Below, piece by piece: positions 56,496 to 64,000 of a stretch of DNA of 64,000 nucleotides (position 1 is the stretch's first letter; every line of letters starts with the position of its first letter). The position numbers and the translations under genes were made by a program. Origin of the DNA: Novilysobacter viscosus (GTDB taxonomy: Bacteria; Pseudomonadota; Gammaproteobacteria; Xanthomonadales; Xanthomonadaceae); contig NZ_JBJMAV010000001.1 of assembly GCF_046600715.1 (NCBI RefSeq), forward strand, positions 149,980-213,979. The letters run 5' to 3'. The notes beneath the pieces are model-generated. The model saw only the letters and a list, made by a program, of their open reading frames with translations, was not told the origin of the DNA and made no database searches.

Positions 56496-58379
56496 ATGCC
56501 TTTGATAACCCTCCAGGACGTCGACTACAGCGTCGGCGGCCCGCTGCTGCTCCAGAACGTCCAGCTGTCCATCGAACCCGGCGAGCGCATCGCGCTGATC
56601 GGCCGCAATGGCGCCGGCAAGTCCACCCTGATGAAACTGATCGCCGGCGAGCTGGTGCCCGACGACGGCGAGGTGCGCCGCGAGGCCACGGCCCGCGTGG
56701 CGCGCCTGGAGCAGGAAGTACCTGCGGGTGCGGCCGGCGACGTATGGGACGTGGTCGCCGGCGGCATGGGCGAAGTAGGCACCTGGCTGGCCGAGTACCA
56801 CCACCTGAGCCATGCCGAGGAGTTCGATGGCGACGCCCTGGCGGAGGTTCAGGGACGGATCGAGGCGGTCGGTGGGTGGAGCCTGGACCAGCGCGTGGTC
56901 GAGACGCTGGAGCGCCTCGGGCTGGACGGAGACGCCGCGTTCTCGGGTCTGTCAGGTGGGATGAAGCGTCGGGTGCTGCTGGCGCGCGCGCTGGTTTCGG
57001 CCCCCGACCTGCTCTTGCTGGACGAACCGACCAACCACCTCGACATCGAGGCGATCGACTGGCTCGAGACCTTCCTGAAGGGCTGGGCAGGATCGCTGCT
57101 GTTCGTCACCCACGACCGGCGCTTCCTGAAGGCGCTGGCAACGCGCATCGTCGAGATCGACCGCGGGCAGGTCACCAGCTGGCCGGGTGACTGGGCCAAC
57201 TACGAGCGACGCCGCGAGGAGCGCTTGAACGCCGAGGCGCAGGAGAACGCCCGCTTCGACAAGCTGCTTGCGCAGGAGGAAGTCTGGATCCGGCAGGGCA
57301 TCAAGGCGCGCCGCACCCGTGACGAGGGGCGCGTGCGCCGGCTGAAGACGATGCGCAACGAACGTGCCGAACGGCGTGCGCATACCGGCAACGTGCGGAT
57401 GGATTTCGCCCAGTCCGAGTCCTCGGGCAAGAAGGTGGTCGAGGCGCGCGACGTGTCGTTCGACTACGGCGGAAAGCCGCTGCTGCGTGACGTGTCCACC
57501 ACCATCTTCCGGGGCGACCGGATCGGGCTGATCGGGCCCAACGGCAGCGGCAAGACCACCCTGATCAAGGTCCTGCTCGGCGAGCTGGCGCCTACCTCGG
57601 GCGAGGTGCGGCTCGGCAGCAACCTGCAGGTGGCGTACTTCGACCAGTACCGCGCGACCCTGCGGGAGGACTGGAACGCGCTGGAGAACGTGTCCGAGGG
57701 CCGCGAGTTCGTGGAGGTCGGCGGCAAGAGCAAGCACGTGATCGGCTACCTGCAGGACTTCCTGTTCACTCCCGAGCGCGCGCGGGCGCCGATCACCCGG
57801 CTCTCGGGGGGCGAGCGCAACCGCCTGCTGCTGGCCAAGCTGTTCGCACAGCCGTCCAACCTGCTGGTCATGGACGAACCGACCAACGACCTGGACGTCG
57901 AGACCCTGGAGCTGCTCGAGGAGATCCTCGGCGACTACGCCGGCACGCTGCTGCTGGTCAGCCACGACCGAGACTTCCTGGACAACGTGGTGACCTCCAC
58001 CCTGGTGATGGAAGGCGACGGCCGCGTCGGCGAGTACGTCGGCGGTTACAGCGACTGGCTGCGCCAGCGCCGGGTCGAATTCACCGCGCCGGCGCCGTCC
58101 GGGCCGGTTTCGATGCCGGTGTCCCCGATCGCGGCTGCCGCCACCACGCCCTCCGCGCCGCGGCGCAAGCTCGGGTTCAAGGAGTCGCGCGAACTGGAGC
58201 AGCTTCCCGGGCGGATCGAGGCGCTGGAAACACGTATCGCGCAGCTTTCAGCGGCGATGGCGGAACCCGCCTACTTCCAGCGCGAACCCGCGGCGGTCGC
58301 CTCCGACAATGCCGCCCTGGCCGAGGCACAGCAGCAGCTCGAGGTTGCATTCGCCCGCTGGGCGGAACTGGACGGGTAG
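56496..58379 (+). CDS. uup: ABC-F family ATPase (Uup/EttA-like)
   Basis: Two ABC cassettes (GRNGAGKST / GPNGSGKTT, LSGGMKRR / LSGGERNR) with a linker and a C-terminal coiled coil. 627 aa. Confidence 0.85.
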   Translation: MPLITLQDVDYSVGGPLLLQNVQLSIEPGERIALIGRNGAGKSTLMKLIAGELVPDDGEVRREATARVARLEQEVPAGAAGDVWDVVAGGMGEVGTWLAEYHHLSHAEEFDGDALAEVQGRIEAVGGWSLDQRVVETLERLGLDGDAAFSGLSGGMKRRVLLARALVSAPDLLLLDEPTNHLDIEAIDWLETFLKGWAGSLLFVTHDRRFLKALATRIVEIDRGQVTSWPGDWANYERRREERLNAEAQENARFDKLLAQEEVWIRQGIKARRTRDEGRVRRLKTMRNERAERRAHTGNVRMDFAQSESSGKKVVEARDVSFDYGGKPLLRDVSTTIFRGDRIGLIGPNGSGKTTLIKVLLGELAPTSGEVRLGSNLQVAYFDQYRATLREDWNALENVSEGREFVEVGGKSKHVIGYLQDFLFTPERARAPITRLSGGERNRLLLAKLFAQPSNLLVMDEPTNDLDVETLELLEEILGDYAGTLLLVSHDRDFLDNVVTSTLVMEGDGRVGEYVGGYSDWLRQRRVEFTAPAPSGPVSMPVSPIAAAATTPSAPRRKLGFKESRELEQLPGRIEALETRIAQLSAAMAEPAYFQREPAAVASDNAALAEAQQQLEVAFARWAELDG

Positions 58380-58506
58380 GGCCCGGTCTTCAGCTTCGGC
58401 TCCGCGCCAGGGGATCGATGGTGGTGCGCCGGCATTGGGCTCGACCGGGCAGCGCGTACAGGCGCTTGCGATACGTCGCGCGCGCCCTGATCGACTTCCC
58501 GGCGCG

Positions 58507-59096
58507 ATGGAGTCCGTCCGGCGAAATCCCGTCGTTGCCCTCGTCGTTGCCGGGACGGTCATGTTTGCCGGCCCCTGGGGATCGGTGGCGGCGGCCGTCA
58601 AGGACCAGTCGTCTGCCGGTTTCACCATCGAGCATGGAGCCGTGGTCGCCATCGACGCGGCAACCGCATGGACGCGCTGGTCAATGGCGTCGATCGCTGG
58701 TGGCCCAAGGACCACACGTGGTGGGGCGTGGAATCGGCGCTGTCGATCGATGCGCGCGCAGGCGGCTGCTTCTGCGAGGTGGGTGGCGACCGCCAGGCGC
58801 GTCACCTCGAAGTGGTCTTCACCGAGCCGGGCACGCCGTTGCGCATGACCGGCGGGCTGGGTCCGCTGCAGGGCGTGGGCCTGGACGGCGTGCTCGAATT
58901 CCGCCTGCAACCGGTCCGGGGCCCGGATGGCGCGGAGCGCCCGGACCTGACCCGGATCGTGTTGCACTACCGCGCCGGCGGCTACGCACCCGACCACATC
59001 GGGGCGTTCGCCCCGGTAGTCGACCGCGTGCAGGCGGCCCAGCTCAAGGGCCTGGTCGACCATCTCGCCATGATTGGGGCCGACGCCGCACCCTGA
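58507..59096 (+). pseudogene. SRPBCC (Aha1/AHSA1-like) protein interrupted by a frameshift near 58667
   Basis: N-terminal part (signal-like MESVRRNPVVALVVAGTVMFA...FTIEHGAVVAIDAATA) is in one frame. The conserved block DALVNGVDRWWPKDHTWWGV...EVVFTEPG continues in another frame (ORFs 58309-58848 and 58668-59096). Confidence 0.5.
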
Positions 59097-59127
59097 GAGA
59101 ACGGTGCGGGCGCTTCCACGCGGGACT

Positions 59128-59961
59128 TCAGCCGATGAAGCCGCCGCCATTCACGTGCAGGAACTGGCCGGTCACGTAGCTGCTGTCGTCGCACGCGAGG
59201 TAGACGTAGGCCGGGCCCAGCTCGCTGGGCTGGCCGGGGCGCTTCATCGGCGTGTCGCGACCGAACTCGCGCTGTTGCTTCTTGTTGAAGCTGGAGGTGA
59301 TCAGCGGGGTCCAGATCGGGCCGGGTGCCACGCCGTTCACGCGGATGCCGCGGTCGACCACGTTCTTGGCCAGCGAGTAGGTGAACGTCTCGATCGCACC
59401 CTTGGTGGCGGCGTAGTCGATCAGGTGGTCGCTGCCACGGAAGGAGGTGACCGAGCCGGTGTTGATGATCGCGCTTCCCTCCTGCATGTGCGCCAGGGCG
59501 TGGCGTGACAGGTGGAAGAAGGGATACACGTTGTTCTCGAAGGTGTCGCGCAACTGCGCGGGCGTGATCTCCTCCAGCGTGTCCTGGGGGACGTGGTCGG
59601 CGAGGTTGTTGACCAGCACGTCCAGCCGGCCCAGCGTCTTCACCGTCCGTGCCACGGCCGAGCGGCACAGCGCCTCGCGCCGGGCGTCGCCGCGGATCTG
59701 CAGGCAGCGCCGGCCTTCGGCCTCGACCATGTCGGCGGTGTCGCGTGCATCGCCGTCCTCGCTGAGATACAGGATGGCGACGTCCGCGCCTTCGCGGGCG
59801 AAGTGGACCGCGACCGAGCGTCCGATGCCGCTGTCGCCCCCGGTCACCAGCGCCACCTTGCCCTCCAGCTTGCCGGAACCGCGATAGCCCTCGCGGATGG
59901 TCTCGGGTCGCGGCGTCATCGATCGCTGGCTGCCGGGGGATGCCTGCTTGCGGGTGGCCAT
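59128..59961 (-). CDS. SDR-family NAD(P)-dependent oxidoreductase (YghA-like)
   Basis: TGGDSGIG Rossmann motif, NNLAD, and a catalytic YxxxK-equivalent region (YAATKGAIETF). Start MATRKQ. Confidence 0.8.
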   Translation of the reverse strand: MATRKQASPGSQRSMTPRPETIREGYRGSGKLEGKVALVTGGDSGIGRSVAVHFAREGADVAILYLSEDGDARDTADMVEAEGRRCLQIRGDARREALCRSAVARTVKTLGRLDVLVNNLADHVPQDTLEEITPAQLRDTFENNVYPFFHLSRHALAHMQEGSAIINTGSVTSFRGSDHLIDYAATKGAIETFTYSLAKNVVDRGIRVNGVAPGPIWTPLITSSFNKKQQREFGRDTPMKRPGQPSELGPAYVYLACDDSSYVTGQFLHVNGGGFIG

Positions 59962-60251
59962 GGGCGTCTCCTGGGTGGGGGAGCCATGGTCGGCAACCAG
60001 GCGTGGCCGGCTGATGAAGTGGCGGCACTCCCCGTATGCGCGCGCCCTCAATCCTGGAGTGGACCTCACACCGGGCGAAGCGTAGGTCGCCGCATTGCCA
60101 GCGGATCAGCGCCTCAAGGCCAGGGCCTGCAGGAGCGGCTTCAGCCCCTATCGTCGCCACAGCGGGTCAAGCTTCCACACCCTGCGGGGTCGGTCCCGGA
60201 GAACCCGGGCAAGCCCGGATTCCCCGCAAAGACCGACCCACCTTGTTCACC

Positions 60252-62027
60252 TCAGCGAGGTGCGGTATCGACCCGCAGTACAGGGTAGAGGTTGAAGCGG
60301 TCGTCCCATGCACTGTGGCGACGGTAGAAGAAGTCCAGGCGCGCCGACGGGTCCTTGGCGAAGGCGGCGTCTTCGCGCAGGCGCCGTTCGAACGTCGCTT
60401 TCAGCGCGGGATCCGCCGCCAGCATCTCCCGCGCAACGGCCTCGGCCACGTACGGCTCCATGTACTCCTTGCGTTCGAAGTGGTTGTTGAACAGGCCCCA
60501 TGCCGCCAGCGAGTCGGGTGCCTGTGGCTCCAGCAGGGCCATCACCAGGCGCGACAGGGGCTGCGCAATGGGCACGAACAGAGCGCCCGCGGCTACGTCG
60601 TGCGTCTCCGCCGCCCACGTCCCCTCGACGGTCAGCCGCTGGTGGCTTTCCATCGGTCGCGGCGCGAACTCCGTCTTTTCCGCACGGAATGCCTGCGCCG
60701 CCACCTCGCCCGGTGCCTTGTCGAGGCTGCGGTATTGCACGCCATGCACGTCCAGGCGCCGGGACACCCAGTCCGCGTGCGCCGCGGGCACCAGATAGCC
60801 CGCACCCGGCGCCTTGACCACGCGACCCGGCACCACCTCGTCGCGTACCGGGATGGTCCAGGCCTGTGGCGTGGTCTCGTCATAGCGCGTCACCAGCGCA
60901 CCGGATACGTCCGACGGCGTGCGCGTGTAGGCATAGCCGCGGAACTGCATCGTCCGCGCCTTGTCGGTGGCCTTGTAATCCAGTGGCACCGGCTGGCCGG
61001 CCAGCGCGGCGGCGCGAACGTCCGCCGCCCTGGTCGCGTCCAACCACTGGCTGCCGTGCTGGGCCACCAGTTCGGCCACGGCCACGATCGTATTGCGGGT
61101 CAGGGCCACGCGGGTGGAGTAGTCCTTCCACGAGTGGGTTTCGACCAGCATCCCGAAGCGGTTGCGCACCTGCATGTAGCCCTGCGAGAACCGTGGCGGC
61201 GCGGCGCCGTCCTCGATGCCGGAAGCGGGGTTGTCGTGCTCGACGAACGAGGGGTAGAAGGGCAGCGGCAATGCGCCGTCCGCGGCGAGCCGCGCGATGG
61301 TGGCGTCGCGCAGCTGCGTGCCGATTACCCGCAGTACCTCGTCGCCGCCGTGCAGCGGCTCGACCTGGATGGCGATGTCGTGCTCGAACTGCGCGCCGTT
61401 GGTAGCGTGCAGGTCCACGTAAACCAGCGGATCCCATGCTCCGACCAACCCCAGCATCGCGCGCATTTCGGGCGCATCGGCCTTCAGGTAATCGCGGTTG
61501 AGGTTGTAGTTCTGCGCGGTGGTACGCCAGCCCATCTGTTCGGGCCCCCGCTGGTTGGGCCGGTTCCACGCACCGAACCGCTCATGGCCGTCGACGTTGA
61601 ACACCGGCACGAACAACAGTACCTGGCGCTCGAGTGCGCCCGGGGCAGCCTCGCCGTCGAGGATCTGCCGCAGCGCCAGGAAGCCGGCGTCCTTGCCGTC
61701 GATCTCGCCCGCATGGATGCCGCCCTGCATCAGCGTCACCGGGATGCCGCGAGCCGCCGCCTCGACCGCGGTGAAGGCACCGGTGTCGGTGGCAACCAGC
61801 AGGTGCATCGGCCGCCCCTCGGGCGTGGTGCCGAATTGCTCGCAGCGCACCCGTTCCGGGTAGTGCGCCGCGAACGCCCCGCACAGGCGGGTCACCTCGT
61901 CGTAGCGACCGGTCTGGGTGAACCCGGACCGCTCGGCATGGGTGGCGAGGGCGGAGGGCTGTGCGGTCGCGGTCGCCGGCAGGGCGAGCACGGCGGCCAG
62001 CAGGGCGGGACGGAGGGTAGGCGTCAT
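60252..62027 (-). CDS. M14-family metallocarboxypeptidase, secreted
   Basis: Signal peptide MTPTLRPALLAAVLALPATATAQ. Zinc ligands in GGIHAGEIDG (HxxE) and VDLHATNG. Confidence 0.7.
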   Translation of the reverse strand: MTPTLRPALLAAVLALPATATAQPSALATHAERSGFTQTGRYDEVTRLCGAFAAHYPERVRCEQFGTTPEGRPMHLLVATDTGAFTAVEAAARGIPVTLMQGGIHAGEIDGKDAGFLALRQILDGEAAPGALERQVLLFVPVFNVDGHERFGAWNRPNQRGPEQMGWRTTAQNYNLNRDYLKADAPEMRAMLGLVGAWDPLVYVDLHATNGAQFEHDIAIQVEPLHGGDEVLRVIGTQLRDATIARLAADGALPLPFYPSFVEHDNPASGIEDGAAPPRFSQGYMQVRNRFGMLVETHSWKDYSTRVALTRNTIVAVAELVAQHGSQWLDATRAADVRAAALAGQPVPLDYKATDKARTMQFRGYAYTRTPSDVSGALVTRYDETTPQAWTIPVRDEVVPGRVVKAPGAGYLVPAAHADWVSRRLDVHGVQYRSLDKAPGEVAAQAFRAEKTEFAPRPMESHQRLTVEGTWAAETHDVAAGALFVPIAQPLSRLVMALLEPQAPDSLAAWGLFNNHFERKEYMEPYVAEAVAREMLAADPALKATFERRLREDAAFAKDPSARLDFFYRRHSAWDDRFNLYPVLRVDTAPR

Positions 62028-62131
62028 CGGCGGGCTCCAGGGGCAGGGGGGCGATGGTAAAGCAGGGCACCCGCGCCACCCGGACCGCGCCCGCACGCCC
62101 TAGACTTGTCGTTCCTGCAGGAGTCTCCGCC

Positions 62132-62764
62132 ATGCACGTCCTCTACTACTCCCCCGGCGCGGCCAGTTTCGCGGTGCACTGGCTCCTGCTGGAGCTGGAG
62201 ATCGACCACGAACTGCGCGCCCTGGACCTCAAGGCCGGCGAGCAGAAACAGGCCGATTACCTCGCGCTCAACCCCGACGGCGTGGTGCCCACCCTGGTGG
62301 TGGACGGCCAGCCGATGACCGAGGCGGCGGCGTTGTTGCTGACGCTGGCGGACGCGCATCCCGGGTGCGGCCTGGCGCCTCCTTGCGGTGACCCGCTGCG
62401 TGCGCGCCTGCACCAGTGGATGTTCCACCTGGCCAACGCGGTGCAGCCGCTGTTCCGCCTGTGGTGGTACCCGCACGAAGCCGCGGGCCAGGCCCATGCC
62501 GATGCTGCGCGCGATTCGGTGCGGCCGCGGATCGAGGCCTGCTGGGATCGAATCGACGCGCACCTGGGAGCCAACGGCCCGTACCTGCTGGGGGACGCGG
62601 TCAGCGTGGCGGACTTCTACCTGGCCATGCTGATGCGCTGGTCGCGCAACATGCCGCGACCGGCAACCTCGTGGCCGCATCTGGCCGCGTACGCCCGACG
62701 GATGCGCGCGCGCCCCACCTTCCGGCGGCTGTACGAGCGCGAAGGCCTGGAGGAGTGGGCCTGA
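62132..62764 (+). CDS. glutathione S-transferase
   Basis: GST N-terminal thioredoxin-like motif (MHVLYYSPGAASFAVHWLL) and C-terminal alpha domain. AGGAG RBS. Confidence 0.8.
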   Translation: MHVLYYSPGAASFAVHWLLLELEIDHELRALDLKAGEQKQADYLALNPDGVVPTLVVDGQPMTEAAALLLTLADAHPGCGLAPPCGDPLRARLHQWMFHLANAVQPLFRLWWYPHEAAGQAHADAARDSVRPRIEACWDRIDAHLGANGPYLLGDAVSVADFYLAMLMRWSRNMPRPATSWPHLAAYARRMRARPTFRRLYEREGLEEWA

Positions 62765-62852
62765 GCCTGAACGCGTGCGGCACATCGGGTAGGCTGCGCG
62801 CTTCGCTTCGCGGCCGTCCTGGTCGCACTGCCGCTACCGGACCCGCTGCCTG

Positions 62853-63458
62853 ATGTTGACCCTGATCCTGATCGCGGTGACCGTGCTGGTCACCTGGCTG
62901 GCCTTCAACAATCCGCGCCTGCTTGAACGACTGATCCTCTGGCCCCCGGCGATCGACCGCAAGCACCAGTACGACCGGCTGCTGACCCACGGCTTCATCC
63001 ACGCCGACTGGCAGCACCTGCTGTTCAACATGATCACGCTGTTCTTCTTCGGTCGCTTTGCCGAGCAGGTGATCGGCTCGATGATCGGCCCGGTCGGCTA
63101 CGTGCTGTTCTACCTGTCGGCGATCGTGATCGCGATCCTGCCGACCTACCTGCGCCATCGGCATGACGTGCAGTACCGCAGCCTGGGTGCCTCGGGTGCG
63201 GTGTCGGCGGTGCTGTTCGCCTTCATCCTGGTGCAGCCGTGGTCGCTGATCTTCGTGTTCTTCCTGCCGGTGCCGGCGATCCTCTACGGCGTGTTCTACG
63301 TCGGCTACTCATTCTGGATGGATCGGCAGGGCGGTGACAACACCAACCACAGCGCGCACCTCTCCGGGGCGATCTACGGCGTGCTGTTCATGCTGCTGAT
63401 GGAGCCGCGCATCGCCGGCGTGTTCCTGGAGCGACTGGCCAGCCCCTCGTTTGGCTGA
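62853..63458 (+). CDS. rhomboid-family intramembrane serine protease
   Basis: GASGAV catalytic Ser motif, a conserved His in the last TM (HLSGAIYG), 6 TM, 201 aa. Confidence 0.8.
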   Translation: MLTLILIAVTVLVTWLAFNNPRLLERLILWPPAIDRKHQYDRLLTHGFIHADWQHLLFNMITLFFFGRFAEQVIGSMIGPVGYVLFYLSAIVIAILPTYLRHRHDVQYRSLGASGAVSAVLFAFILVQPWSLIFVFFLPVPAILYGVFYVGYSFWMDRQGGDNTNHSAHLSGAIYGVLFMLLMEPRIAGVFLERLASPSFG

Positions 63459-63512
63459 CCCGCGCGTGCCGCCGGATTGCCGGCGCCCCAGGTCACGGCC
63501 CGGGGCATCGGG

Positions 63513-63707
63513 TCAGGCAGCCAGTGGCCCGGCGTCTCCCGGGCCGGTCGATGGCTCCGCGTAGGCCTCGGCAAGGCGCTCGTAGACGACCGCGTCAAGC
63601 CGGACCAGTTCGCCCTCGTCGCCGCCCTTGAAGGCGATCTCGAACAGGCGCTCCATCAGCTCGAAGTCGCCGACGCCATCGACCGGGTGGTGCTGCAACA
63701 CGTCCAT
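63513..63707 (-). CDS. small acidic hypothetical protein (64 aa)
   Basis: Internal ATG with a GGAAAGG RBS. MDVLQHHPVDGVGDFELMERLFEIAFKGGDEGELVRLDAVVYERLAEAY. No family recognised. Confidence 0.3.
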   Translation of the reverse strand: MDVLQHHPVDGVGDFELMERLFEIAFKGGDEGELVRLDAVVYERLAEAYAEPSTGPGDAGPLAA

Positions 63708-63958
63708 CGACCTTTCCCAGGAGAGCGCGAGGCCCGTTGCCCGTTTCCTGCAGGATCCGTGCCGGAACCTGCATGGAGGCCCGGTACGGAGCCGATCGGT
63801 CGGTCGTGGGCAATGCAGTGGCAGACGCCTGCCTCGATCGTCATGCAGGCGACTGGCGCCTTCCTGCACTCACCCGCCTTGAATGTTTGCCGTGCTAACA
63901 CGCAACGGTGACGGTCGAAGCCGTCCCAGCCCGTCCACGACACTCCAGGAGGCACGCA

Positions 63959-64000
63959 TGGCGACCCGTAAAGCCGCCAAGAAGAACGCCAGCAAGACCA
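63959..64000 (+). CDS. 3'-truncated ORF beginning MATRKAAKKNASKT (Lys/Ala-rich, histone-like N-terminus)
   Basis: ATG at 63959 after the AGGAGG-like sequence ccaggaggcacgc. Only 14 codons are in the window. Confidence 0.3.

Noticed and set aside
1-64000. Mobile elements, integrases, tRNA/rRNA genes
   Set aside because: No transposase or integrase motifs and no tRNA-like cloverleaf segments were recognised. GC content is uniform apart from short promoter-like AT-rich patches.

Overview
This is a high-GC (about 68-70 percent) proteobacterial chromosomal segment. Gene content and order resemble Xanthomonadaceae. It is densely coding and almost entirely devoted to micro-oxic and anaerobic respiration. 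The left arm carries an FNR-type regulator, ccoS-ccoI-ccoH-ccoG, a small coupled membrane protein, ccoP-ccoQ-ccoO-ccoN (cbb3 oxidase and its assembly genes), then a sco / nirV / nirK (copper nitrite reductase) operon. The middle carries a chorismate-mutase::SCP2 fusion (UbiT-like), nadA-nadB, fabA-fabB, ubiV-ubiU (U32 pair for O2-independent ubiquinone hydroxylation), a His-rich tandem-repeat periplasmic protein, and ubiD. The right arm carries an NnrS operon with two PLP enzymes, qNor-type norB, a second FNR (Cys-cluster type), hemN, a cupin, metX, and a complete ccmABCDEFGHI cytochrome c maturation operon, followed by housekeeping genes (aminotransferase, ABC-F uup, SDR, M14 peptidase, GST, rhomboid). 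At least nine FNR/NNR-type palindromes (TTGAC/T-N4-G/ATCAA) sit at about 40-65 bp upstream of ccoN, nirK, the UbiT-like gene, fabA, ubiU, nnrS, norB and hemN, so the region behaves as one anaerobic regulon island. Embedded in it (23.4-35.1 kb, minus strand) is an 11.6-kb, eight-gene operon that looks like an undescribed membrane-stress / Ter-related system: YjfI-like (DUF2170), PspA/IM30, NfeD-like (YqiJ), flotillin (YqiK), TerB-like, a giant 1771-aa protein with a MoxR/AAA_5-type ATPase module, a coupled 250-aa unknown, and TelA. It is preceded by an AT-rich leader with a hairpin that occludes the first start codon. I found no rRNA, tRNA, CRISPR, transposase or integrase. Coordinates of internal start sites are inferred from residue counts on the supplied ORF track and may be off by a few nt.
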